The position numbers and the translations under genes are program-made. From contig CANGYO010000001.1 in the NCBI GenBank assembly GCA_947458095.1, positions 72,414 through 123,159 of the forward strand: a DNA stretch of 50,746 nucleotides. The letters are read 5' to 3'. Position 1 is the first letter of the stretch. Each line of letters starts with the position of its first letter. Below are positions 1 to 8,878 of this stretch, piece after piece. Under the pieces are notes generated by a model. It had not been told where the DNA came from. It saw nothing but the letters and a program-made list of their open reading frames with translations, and did not search any database. The DNA is from Vampirovibrionales bacterium (GTDB lineage: Bacteria; Cyanobacteriota; Vampirovibrionia; Vampirovibrionales; JAJTHC01).

Positions 1-183
1 ATCATCTAAATCGTCTCGATAATAAAAGTGAAAATATCCAGATAGTCTATAATATCCTACGGTTTCTAGGATATTTGCAATAAACCCTTCTTCTTCTTCT
101 TCTTCTTCTTCCGTGAAGCACAAACCTCTTTTTTTGAGTAATGCTATTTTTTCAGATGTGCTAAGAAAAGGCTTTTCAAACAA
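1..183 (-). CDS. Abi_2/AbiF-family (AbiD/AbiF-like) protein, 5' part only, runs off the window edge
   Basis: Not in the ORF track. The minus frame is open to position 1: (TTG)FEKPFLSTSEKIALLKKRGLCFTEEEEEEEEGFIANILETVGYYRLSGYFHFYYRDDLDD. This matches the Abi_2 N-terminal pattern KPxxxxxExxxLLxxRGL...YYRLSGY. TTG at 183 is preferred because the in-frame ATG at 270 lies inside the promoter. Confidence 0.8.
   Translation of the reverse strand, partial: MFEKPFLSTSEKIALLKKRGLCFTEEEEEEEEGFIANILETVGYYRLSGYFHFYYRDDLDD
88..111 (-). repeat. (GAA)8 trinucleotide repeat encoding poly-Glu in the Abi gene
   Basis: Eight TTC units on the + strand at 88-111, in frame. Confidence 0.95.
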
Positions 184-243
184 AAACGCACCCTTTTCTG
201 CATCACTTTTCAAATGAAAAGTGCTAGGCCGGATGCGTGTGTT
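184..243 (-). ncRNA. Structured 5' leader of the abi gene, candidate abiF-type RNA
   Basis: Minus strand: ACGCATCC pairs with GGGTGCGT (one G-U) and encloses the hairpin CACTTTTCA-TT-TGAAAAGTG. It lies between the promoter and the start codon. Confidence 0.5.
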
Positions 244-249
244 GTCTAC

Positions 250-278
250 ATTATTACAAAGTTCTTCCATATTGTCAA
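250..278 (-). promoter_or_regulatory. Sigma70-type promoter for the leader and abi gene
   Basis: Minus strand TTGACA (278-273), 17-bp spacer, AATAAT (255-250) preceded by TGn (extended -10). Confidence 0.7.
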
Positions 279-344
279 TACTTCCATACAGTATCTACTT
301 CTTTTGGCTTCTATTTAAGAGAACCCCTTCGATAAACATTCAAA

Positions 345-1070
345 CTACCCTTCTAGCAGATACTTGTAAGACACAGGCACTACCAGCTGGGTGAGTTGTT
401 CCAAGGCATCGGCGTATTCACGGATCTCATACTGAGCCCCTGCGTGCGTCCGCAAGTGGATGAAATTGGTCAAGGCTTGCAAGCTAATCGTCCAATAAAA
501 CTCCGTGTAAATATTCAACGGCAACACCCCACGAGCCTGCTCTTTGGCTACACCCGCCTCCACCAGATCTTTATACAAGGCAAAGGTGCCTTGTGCATGA
601 TCGGTGTACGCCTTCATCAGCACATCGTTTTGAATAAGCTCATCGGTAGACGCTTGTTTATTGCTTTCCGACTGCGTGCGAAAGCCCCCTTGAGGCGTGT
701 AAAAATCGAAGTCGCTGGCATCCACATAACGCAGGCTCACTTCATTCCAAGCGTGATCCACCGTGTACGCCCCATGCCCTTCGGTGTAGGCAATGCCGAC
801 GACATGCTTGTACCACTGGCGAGCCACGAATTCAGGCACCTTGCAATGAAATTGCAACTGCACATGACGAAACGGCGACCAGTGCTGGTGCTTGGCAAGG
901 TATTTAATGAGTTTTTCATCGGCTTCATTGAGTTCGGTTTTGCGTTTGCCAAAGCTCACACGGGCGGAGTTCACCACCGTTAAATCACTGCCAAGGGCGT
1001 CGATGAGTTCGACAAAGCCGTGATCCAAGACCTCAATTTTTTTCGATGCTTCTAAAGTGGTGCTAGTCAT
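345..1070 (-). CDS. thyX: FAD-dependent thymidylate synthase
   Basis: GFVELID, VVNSARVSF, HWSPF, NEVSLRY, KEQARGVLP and LRTHAGAQYEIREYA motifs. Confidence 0.93.
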   Translation of the reverse strand: MTSTTLEASKKIEVLDHGFVELIDALGSDLTVVNSARVSFGKRKTELNEADEKLIKYLAKHQHWSPFRHVQLQFHCKVPEFVARQWYKHVVGIAYTEGHGAYTVDHAWNEVSLRYVDASDFDFYTPQGGFRTQSESNKQASTDELIQNDVLMKAYTDHAQGTFALYKDLVEAGVAKEQARGVLPLNIYTEFYWTISLQALTNFIHLRTHAGAQYEIREYADALEQLTQLVVPVSYKYLLEG

Positions 1071-1194
1071 GGGGGAGTCCTCTCTATATATAAAAGACGG
1101 CTATACGTCTTTTACTATTCTAAAGGAAAGGACGAGAAAGTACAAAATCTTGTTACAAATAGTAGATTTTTAAAAATACTGTACAAGGCAACGA

Positions 1195-2427
1195 CTACAT
1201 ATGTTCGTACATACTGAAGAGTGGCATATAGATAGACAACGCCACAATCCCAACAATGACCCCTAAGAACATCAGCAATAAAGGTTCCATAAACGCCATT
1301 AAGATCCCAATCCGCTGATCGATTTCTTTTTCTAAATACTCTTGGGCTGTTCCCAATGATTGATCCAAGTTACCCGATTCTTCCCCTGTGGCGACAATGA
1401 GCAAGACCAGTTCAGGGATCACCCCTGTTTCGGCAAGGGCAATCCCCAAGCGACGACCTATCTGTACCTGTTTGTTCACCGTCATTAACGTTCCTCGAAA
1501 GGTGGCATTGCCGACCGTAGACACGGCATAATCCAAGCCTTCGGTAATGGGAATACCTGCCCCAAAACACACACTTAGGGTTGAAATAAAGCTCGATACA
1601 TTCGTAAAGCGAATGACTTGATTCAAAACAGGGACATGAATCACGTATTTGTCAATCAAGCGTTTACCTAAATTGGTGGAAATAAACTTAAGGAAGCCCC
1701 AAACGGCACAACCCACCGCAGGAAAGGTAATAAACCAGCCACTGCGTAAGCAATTTGAAATAAAAATCATGATTTTGGTAATTAAGGGTAAATCCACCCC
1801 CATTTGCGTATATATTTTTTCAAAAGAAGGCAACACAAAGTAAAAAATAACCAGTAAAACGATACCCACTAATCCCAACACAATGGCAGGATAAATGGCG
1901 GTTGAAATGACTTTCGCTTTGATTTTTTCCGTGCGTTCCATGAGATCCACCATACGTTCCATGGTCACATCGAGTTCGCCTGAACTTTCTCCTGCTCGCG
2001 TGATATTGATGAAAATTTCGCTAAACACTTCGGGGAACTTGCCCAACGCTTCTGAAAACGCCATTCCCCCTAAAATATCTCGACGCACGGATTGTACCAT
2101 GGCTTTATAGGTTATTTTTTCTGAGAAGTTTTCAAAATAAAGGAGCGATTCGGTAATGGGAATGCCTCCACGAATCATAATCGCCAAGTTCCGAGAAAAC
2201 GTCATTACTTCACTACTGCTTATTTTGCTTTTAAAGCCAAAGGTAAACTTCTTCTTGACGATATTGCCTGACCCGTCTTGATAACCTGTCACTTCTTCTA
2301 AAGACAAGGTCGAAAGTTGCATGTCTCTTAATTTAGAACGGGCTTCCATTTCACTAGAGGCAGGAATTACCCCTTCTTGTTTTTTATGGTTGACCAAGTT
2401 CATGGCTTTATAGGCGTAGTTTGCCAT
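1195..2427 (-). CDS. pilC: Type IV pilus / T2SS inner-membrane platform protein (PilC/GspF)
   Basis: Two T2SSF domains (AGESSGELD, TGEESGNLD), YPAIV and EPLL motifs, SIYMPLF C-terminus. Confidence 0.92.
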   Translation of the reverse strand: MANYAYKAMNLVNHKKQEGVIPASSEMEARSKLRDMQLSTLSLEEVTGYQDGSGNIVKKKFTFGFKSKISSSEVMTFSRNLAIMIRGGIPITESLLYFENFSEKITYKAMVQSVRRDILGGMAFSEALGKFPEVFSEIFINITRAGESSGELDVTMERMVDLMERTEKIKAKVISTAIYPAIVLGLVGIVLLVIFYFVLPSFEKIYTQMGVDLPLITKIMIFISNCLRSGWFITFPAVGCAVWGFLKFISTNLGKRLIDKYVIHVPVLNQVIRFTNVSSFISTLSVCFGAGIPITEGLDYAVSTVGNATFRGTLMTVNKQVQIGRRLGIALAETGVIPELVLLIVATGEESGNLDQSLGTAQEYLEKEIDQRIGILMAFMEPLLLMFLGVIVGIVALSIYMPLFSMYEHM

Positions 2428-2521
2428 TGCTTAGGCTCCTTCAGGTTTTTTGAATAATAAAACTAAAAATCGTAGCGACAATGAAGACGCCATACGAGGT
2501 TTAAACTGTGAAAAGGTATCA

Positions 2522-4327
2522 TTAGCGACTGCCTCCTCTAAAAGGTCCTAAGACCCTTTCAATTTCAGCGAAGTCGACTTTTCCTTCCATGATTTTTGTT
2601 CTGGCACACACGCCTAAAGAAATCATGCCACGTTTCATGGCGGTATCTTCTATTTCCAATTCATTGGCTTGAGACGCAATTAAATGACGTAGTTCTCGAT
2701 CAATCATCATGATTTCATAAAGTCCTGTACGTCCAAAATAGCCTGAATCCTTACACATTTCACAACCTTTCGCCGTATAAATAATTAAGGATTCTTCTGG
2801 GGCGGGAGGGGTGGTATGGTATTCGTATAAAATCTCTTTCTGCTCTTCAGTGGCTTCGTGGGCTTCCTTACAATGTGGACACAAGGCTCGTGTGAGTCGT
2901 TGAGCAATGACGCCGTTTACGGCGGCAGAAATTAAACTACTGGATGCCCCCATTTCAAGCATACGGGTAATGGTGGTGGCGGTTGAGTTGGCGTGAATGG
3001 TAGAGAAAACCAAGTGACCTGTCAACGCTGCGTGAATCCCTGCTTCTAGGGTTTCATAGTCACGAATTTCTCCCACCATAATTACGTCAGGGTCTTGGCG
3101 TAATAAGGCTCTCATTGAACTGGCGAAGGTGAAATCGGCTTTGGCATTAACTTGCGATTGGTTGAGTCCTTCAATTTTTAATTCAACAGGGTCTTCAACG
3201 GTCGACACGTTAATGAGTTCACTGTTAATTTTATTCATAATCGTGTACAACGTGGTGGACTTCCCCGAACCCGTTGGCCCACAAACGAGTACAATGCCGT
3301 AAGGGGCTTTGTAAAGGAGTTCAATTTTATGGGCATCTTCTGGCGTAAAGCCTAGCTTGGTGAAATCGGTGACGGTGGCGGAAGGGCGAAGAATCCGCAT
3401 AACCATTTTTTCACGCCCTTCGGTGACAGGAAGGGTGTTGACACGAAAATTGTATTCTACCTTCTTATAGTTGATGGACATACGTCCATCTTGCGGACGC
3501 CGACGATCTGAAATGTCCATTTTCGCCATAACTTTAAGGCGGGTAAGAACCGCACCTTCCATGTTTTGGGGGATATCCAAGACTTCTTTTAAGACACCAT
3601 CGGAACGAAAACGCACCACATAATGCCCTTCTCGTGGTTCGATGTGAATATCAGACGCCCCTTGAACAACGCCTTGCACGAGCAGTGAGTTTACAAAACG
3701 CACCAAAGGATCGCTCGTGTCTTGGATTTCGGCTTCACCCATGGCTCGAATGTTGTCGAGCCGTTGGGCTTGTGCAGACAACTTCACTTGACTTGCACTA
3801 GCGAGCTGGTCTAATAAATCACGCGTGGCGTCTTTGTTGCCTCTGGCTCTTAACGCTTGCTGGGCTTCAAATTTAAGCATCCAATGACGATAGTCCATCG
3901 GCAAGGTAGACACAATCTGAGGACGCGTTCCTTTTAAAAACGTCACTTCTTCTATCGCTGAGGCATCGGTCGGATCCACCATCGCAATAACCAAGCGTCC
4001 ATGTGAGTTGGAAACAGGCACAAGGTAGTTTTCTTCAATAATTTCTTCAGGAATAAGTTCAAGCAATTCTGCATTAGGTTGCACATTTTCCAAAGAATAA
4101 TATTTCGTGGGAAAGCATTTACCAATCAGCTGTACTAATTCTTCTCGTGTTAAAATACCTTCTTTTAAAAACTGTTCATCTAACGTAATTTTGTCTCGTT
4201 CAGAACGTTCCATAATCGTGACGAGCAATTCAGGTTTGATGTTTTTGACTTCTTGCACATATTTAATCACACTTTGAAGAAAAATACTGGCACTTCCTTC
4301 AACGACTCCGAGCGACAAAGCACTCAC
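2522..4327 (-). CDS. pilB: Type IV pilus / T2SS assembly ATPase (PilB/GspE)
   Basis: ASDIHIEP, RRRPQDG, Walker A GPTGSGKS, LRQDPDVIMVGEIRD, His box TGHLVFSTIH, CPHC...CEMC zinc motif. Confidence 0.93.
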   Translation of the reverse strand: MSALSLGVVEGSASIFLQSVIKYVQEVKNIKPELLVTIMERSERDKITLDEQFLKEGILTREELVQLIGKCFPTKYYSLENVQPNAELLELIPEEIIEENYLVPVSNSHGRLVIAMVDPTDASAIEEVTFLKGTRPQIVSTLPMDYRHWMLKFEAQQALRARGNKDATRDLLDQLASASQVKLSAQAQRLDNIRAMGEAEIQDTSDPLVRFVNSLLVQGVVQGASDIHIEPREGHYVVRFRSDGVLKEVLDIPQNMEGAVLTRLKVMAKMDISDRRRPQDGRMSINYKKVEYNFRVNTLPVTEGREKMVMRILRPSATVTDFTKLGFTPEDAHKIELLYKAPYGIVLVCGPTGSGKSTTLYTIMNKINSELINVSTVEDPVELKIEGLNQSQVNAKADFTFASSMRALLRQDPDVIMVGEIRDYETLEAGIHAALTGHLVFSTIHANSTATTITRMLEMGASSSLISAAVNGVIAQRLTRALCPHCKEAHEATEEQKEILYEYHTTPPAPEESLIIYTAKGCEMCKDSGYFGRTGLYEIMMIDRELRHLIASQANELEIEDTAMKRGMISLGVCARTKIMEGKVDFAEIERVLGPFRGGSR

Positions 4328-4360
4328 CTCCTTTTAAATCCATTAGGGCTTTGGCTAAAA

Positions 4361-6652
4361 TTACTTAATTGTTTTACCAAAGGTACGGCTATAGCCACCA
4401 ATGTAGTCATTGTAAGGGGTGACGCTATAAGGGTCTTCCGTTTTGGCTTGATGACGTTTATGAGCTTTTTTCGTACTCGGTGTATTTGCAACGTCTTTGG
4501 GGTCTGGCATCACGTAACGACCTGTTTCAATTTTGAGTTCACCTCCTTTTTCACCCATGACTTTTACGTCGGAAGGGGTGACAGGCGTACCTGTTCGACC
4601 ATGTTGGGGAAGGGTCAAGGCATCTGAATCAGAAGCGGGTTTGGGGTTTCCATCAAAGTAAGGCGAATTGATGTCTTCTTTCAAAATGTGAGGCGTCACT
4701 AGAACAACGAGTTCCGTTCGTTGAGTCGTGTTACCTGCAGAAGTTGTGGCACGGAACATGGCCCCCACAATGGGTAAATTAGCAAGCCCAGGGATTTTGT
4801 CCCATGATTCGCGACGCGTATCTCTCAGCAACCCACCAATGGCGAGGGTTTGACCGTCTTTAACACGGGCAGACGCTATGGTAAACTCACGGTTAGAAAC
4901 CTCAGGGGCACTGACGGCTCCATTGCCGCCTTCTTTAAGGGCAATCAATTGTGTGACCGAAGGTTTTAACGCCATGGTAACATTACCGTCATTGGTAATG
5001 ACGGGGGTTAAATCGAGTTGAATCCCTACTTCTTGACTGTTGGCGGTCCAAGTCACCACTGGCACCCCAGCCATAGGCACGGTGATTTGTGAGGTAAAAT
5101 AGACAATGGTATCCGTAATACTCACGCTGGAAGTCGTGCCGTCGACCGCAATAAGCGTGGGATTCGCCAAGATTTTAGCTTTGGTGTCATTATTATTAAA
5201 GTTAAAGCCTATGCCAGGGATTCGAAATTTTCCTACAGATCCGTTATCAGAACCACCACCCAAAAGGCTTAAAGGCTTGCCTCCATAAGTAAAAGGTGAA
5301 CCTGTCAATGTAGCAATCTGAAACTCTCCAAACCCAAACGTTCCGTTTGTAATGGGTTGCATGACCTTGGTGTTGGATTTCGTGAGTTCCACCAAAGAGA
5401 CTTCAATCATCACCTGCGGACGAGCCACATCGAGTTCATGAATCAATTCTTCCACCAAGTGTAACTGTTCAGGTGTGCCGTAAACGGTTACTGTGCCTGT
5501 GGCATGGTTAGGTACCATTGAAAACCCACCACGCACATAAGAAGCACTCCCACCAGCTGCACCGCCAGCTGCACCACCAGCCGCACCGCCACCAGCTGCA
5601 CCGCCAGCACCACCACCAGCTGCACCGCCAGCACCACCACCAGCTGCACCGCCAGCACCACCGCCAGCACCACCGCCAGCACCACCACCAGCTCCACCGC
5701 CAGCACCACCGCCAGCACCACCACCAGCTCCACCGCCAGCACCACCACCAGCTGCACCGCCAGCACCACCGCCAGCACCACCACCAGCTCCACCGCCAGC
5801 ACCACCGCCAGCTGCACCACCAGCACCACCGCCAGCTGCACCACCAGCTCCACCCGCTGCTGCCCAACCTGCGGTGAGTGTGGTAAATACACTCAAAGCA
5901 ATCGTGGTTTCATTGCCATGCATAATTTTAAAGACTTTACGGTTACGAGGAATATCAATTTGTGGCAAAAGCTCTTCAATCAACTCCACTTCACGATCGG
6001 TTGCCACGACCAATAAACTATTGGTATTGGGGTCAAAGGTTGCCACTGCGGCATTATTGGTACCAGGTTTATTGGCGGCAAAAATGGTTTGATTCAATTG
6101 CGTAGAAACCTGTCCCGCATCTCTATATTTAATGGGAATTACTTTAAATATCTTAGCATTTAAGGAACGGGCATTGGTGGTGGCGGTATTGGCAACTACA
6201 ATTGTATTACCTTCTTGCGTATAGCTTAACCCACCTGTGATAAAAATATATTCTAACGCCTTATTGACGCTGATATTTTTAATATCCACCGTCATCACCC
6301 CTGACACGGATTCATCGACAATAATGTTGAAATGCCCTTGTTCCGCCAGCAATTGTAAAATATCGACAATGCTGGTATTTCTTAAGTTTAAATCCACCCG
6401 AGCCGATTCAGGAGCCACTTTAATCCCCTTGAAAATACTGACAGGCTTATGGGAAAGCTGTTCTGTCGGTAAAATCGAAACAGGGTAATTGGTCGCAGAC
6501 GCTTGGGGTAAGAGCAAACTCATAAAAGGGTTGAACAGTCCTAAAATCAGTGCCATCGCACCGATGGACGTCCAGCCAAAGTGAAGCCCTTTGAAAGGTA
6601 AATGTGTTCGAGTAGTGCGAGGGTTTGGAAAGGAAGGAAAGGAAAACGTCAT
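4361..6652 (-). CDS. pilQ: Secretin (PilQ/GspD family) with a Gly/Ala-rich insertion
   Basis: N0/STN-like and N3 domains; LDVARPQVMIEV, KILANP, VKDGQTLAIGGL, KIPGLANLPIVGAMFR and TELVVLVTPHI secretin motifs. Confidence 0.88.
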   Translation of the reverse strand: MTFSFPSFPNPRTTRTHLPFKGLHFGWTSIGAMALILGLFNPFMSLLLPQASATNYPVSILPTEQLSHKPVSIFKGIKVAPESARVDLNLRNTSIVDILQLLAEQGHFNIIVDESVSGVMTVDIKNISVNKALEYIFITGGLSYTQEGNTIVVANTATTNARSLNAKIFKVIPIKYRDAGQVSTQLNQTIFAANKPGTNNAAVATFDPNTNSLLVVATDREVELIEELLPQIDIPRNRKVFKIMHGNETTIALSVFTTLTAGWAAAGGAGGAAGGGAGGAAGGGAGGGAGGGAGGGAGGAAGGGAGGGAGGGAGGGAGGGAGGGAGGGAGGGAGGAAGGGAGGAAGGGAGGAAGGGAAGGAAGGAAGGSASYVRGGFSMVPNHATGTVTVYGTPEQLHLVEELIHELDVARPQVMIEVSLVELTKSNTKVMQPITNGTFGFGEFQIATLTGSPFTYGGKPLSLLGGGSDNGSVGKFRIPGIGFNFNNNDTKAKILANPTLIAVDGTTSSVSITDTIVYFTSQITVPMAGVPVVTWTANSQEVGIQLDLTPVITNDGNVTMALKPSVTQLIALKEGGNGAVSAPEVSNREFTIASARVKDGQTLAIGGLLRDTRRESWDKIPGLANLPIVGAMFRATTSAGNTTQRTELVVLVTPHILKEDINSPYFDGNPKPASDSDALTLPQHGRTGTPVTPSDVKVMGEKGGELKIETGRYVMPDPKDVANTPSTKKAHKRHQAKTEDPYSVTPYNDYIGGYSRTFGKTIK
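5551..5860 (-). repeat. Degenerate 12-bp coding tandem repeat (GGGA/GGAA peptides) inside the secretin
   Basis: Units such as ccagcaccaccg and ccagctgcaccg span about 300 bp and encode about 100 residues of only Gly and Ala. Confidence 0.95.
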
Positions 6653-6673
6653 AATAAAAGACCTTTCATGGCT

Positions 6674-7645
6674 TTAGTTTAATAAATCTTTAACAATCTG
6701 GTCAATGTCTTGAGAAGAAACATCTTTGGAGCTACCCGTTCCTGTTGAAGGGGGGGGGCCTCCTGCAGGGGGCGGGGCATTATTACTACTTGCGTTTGGA
6801 TCTGATGCGATTGCACCTGTATTCCCTGATCTGGAGAATCCGAAAATATCTTGAATCATTAAGGTTTGTGAAACTTTATAACGTTCTTTTGAGATTGAAA
6901 TTCGGACGGTACTGCTTGTAATGTCTTCAACTACGGCGTTATAGCCATTTGCAAAGAGCCGAGAGCCTTTTTTAACAAATAAAGTCGTTCCCCCTGCTTG
7001 ACCTTTGCTTGAAAGGGCTAAAATCGCCATTGGGGAAGTCTTCTTATAAGAAATACCATTGACGCTAATGCTTGAGAGAGCTTCTTGCATCGCAATGGTG
7101 GGGTCTACCACAGCAGGTGCTGAAGGCATACCTGGTAAGCCCCCCGCGAAAGGATCTACCGTAGGCTTTTCGACTTTGACCACTTGTAAGGTAATTAAGG
7201 GAGAAATTCTTATAAGTGCTTGATAGTAAGGAGAAAGGGCTTCAATATCGTCTTCTTTCGCTTCAATGGGCTTTATATGCATGGCAATTGAAAAAGGATC
7301 CACGCCATTACTGGCCAGCATAATAATGTCTTGTTCAACCAACTGCTTGTCCCCCAAAGTCTTATTTTCAGGACTTTTGGACTCCTCACCTGCTGGGGTC
7401 TCTGCATCTTGATTGGGGGTGCTTGAAGCATCCGTAGGGGAGCCACTCGTAGGGGAAGCATCAGGCGTTGAAGAAACAGGAGCATTTGTCGCTGGAGAGG
7501 TGCTAGAAGCCGAAGGTTCTGCCGCTTTAGGAGGAAGACTATCGCCACATCCACTGAGCATCGTCAAAGAAGCCGACCCTAAAATAAATAGTGCAAGCGT
7601 ATAGGAAGTAAACCGTTTTGGTAAAAAGAGTGAAGGATAAGGCAC
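6674..7645 (-). CDS. Lipoprotein at the head of the pilus operon (possible PilP-like or pilotin)
   Basis: Hydrophobic signal ending in lipobox LSGC, Ser/Pro/Thr-rich linker, 21 bp upstream of the secretin. Function is inferred from position only. Confidence 0.6.
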   Translation of the reverse strand: MPYPSLFLPKRFTSYTLALFILGSASLTMLSGCGDSLPPKAAEPSASSTSPATNAPVSSTPDASPTSGSPTDASSTPNQDAETPAGEESKSPENKTLGDKQLVEQDIIMLASNGVDPFSIAMHIKPIEAKEDDIEALSPYYQALIRISPLITLQVVKVEKPTVDPFAGGLPGMPSAPAVVDPTIAMQEALSSISVNGISYKKTSPMAILALSSKGQAGGTTLFVKKGSRLFANGYNAVVEDITSSTVRISISKERYKVSQTLMIQDIFGFSRSGNTGAIASDPNASSNNAPPPAGGPPPSTGTGSSKDVSSQDIDQIVKDLLN

Positions 7646-7953
7646 GAATCAATACTCCTGTTTCACGATAGTGTTTGGGGGATTCTATTTCTCTCTTTAC
7701 GAATGACCTAAAAAAGGTAGAATCGTCCCTATATAGTGGTATAATAACGTTATTCACATGCCCTCATGTTCATTTGGGTGTATATATCCACTATCTTTAG
7801 GGGAACGAAGACACAGAGAAAGTCCCATTCGGCGAATCTTCATGTGCATGAAGCGTGAGTGATTGCAAGCAATCAACAAAACAAGCCGTTTGTTTTTCCT
7901 TAAATCTTCATCCGACTTGAACTTCCTCTGTTTCTTCGAAAGGACATCGCTCA

Positions 7954-8874
7954 ATGATTTCACTTTATATTTCGCTTGATTTTGAAGGTTTTTCAGGTGT
8001 CAGCCATGCGAGCCATGTTTTTCCGACTCGTCCTCAAGATTTTCAAGGCTACAACGTGGCACTGAAGCAGGTTAAGTACACATTGGCTAAACTTTTTCAA
8101 GCAGTGCCAGATATTGAAAAGCATCGCATCGTCATCAACGATGCCCATGCGAGTATGACCAACCTCTTTTTGGCGGATCTCGATCTACCTCGCTGTGTTG
8201 AACTCATTTCAGGCAAGCCTAAGCGATACGGTATGATGGCAGGGCTTGATGCCAGCTTTGACGCCTGCATTTTGCTGGGCTATCACGCCAAAGCAGGAAC
8301 CTTGAATGCACCGCTTGCGCATACCTTTACGGAAGATGTGGCGGATATTCGCTTTAATGGTATTTCTTTAGGGGAAGCGGGCTTGAGTATTTTATTGGCG
8401 GAACTAGGGTTTGGGGTGCCTGTATTGCTCACTTATGGAGACGACCTTTTGGGTCAAGAACTGTATGGCTTGCAAGAACACGGTTTGTACTTGGGGCAGG
8501 GGACTCATGTGGTTTCTAAATTGGGGCGAGGTTGGCAGTGTGTTCAAGGGGTGCCTCAGGCAGAAGAGCATTTGGCTACAGCGTTTAAAGCCTTATGTGA
8601 AAGAAGTCCTTCACAAAACAAGCAAGCCAAAGAAGCCTTAACTCATTTTTCGCAGGCACGCCCCCTGAGTGATTTTCAAGTGAGCGTGCAGTTTCATTCG
8701 CCCCTTATGGCGGATGCTTGTGCGTTGCTCCCTCATTCCGAACGTTTGAATGGAACGACGGTTCAGTTACCCTTGTGTTTTGCTGAAGACACGCCATTGG
8801 CGGTTAAAATCCAAGAGGTTTATCAGAGCGTTCAATGTGCGTACAGTCTTGCTCTTTATGCTCATCATTGTTAG
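7954..8874 (+). CDS. M55 family D-aminopeptidase (DppA-like)
   Basis: YISLDFEG, VINDAH, GYHAKAG, LAHT and GEAG motifs. Confidence 0.85.
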   Translation: MISLYISLDFEGFSGVSHASHVFPTRPQDFQGYNVALKQVKYTLAKLFQAVPDIEKHRIVINDAHASMTNLFLADLDLPRCVELISGKPKRYGMMAGLDASFDACILLGYHAKAGTLNAPLAHTFTEDVADIRFNGISLGEAGLSILLAELGFGVPVLLTYGDDLLGQELYGLQEHGLYLGQGTHVVSKLGRGWQCVQGVPQAEEHLATAFKALCERSPSQNKQAKEALTHFSQARPLSDFQVSVQFHSPLMADACALLPHSERLNGTTVQLPLCFAEDTPLAVKIQEVYQSVQCAYSLALYAHHC

Positions 8875-8878
8875 AAAT

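Noticed and set aside
184-270. Longer Abi ORF starting at the ATG at 270
   Set aside because: That ATG lies between the -35 and -10 boxes, upstream of the predicted transcription start, and family similarity begins only at about 183.
396-983. 195-aa plus-strand ORF
   Set aside because: Antisense shadow of thyX with no motifs.
5488-5892. His/Gln-rich, Trp/Cys-rich and Val/Leu-rich ORFs
   Set aside because: Alternative frames of the 12-bp Gly/Ala repeat inside the secretin.
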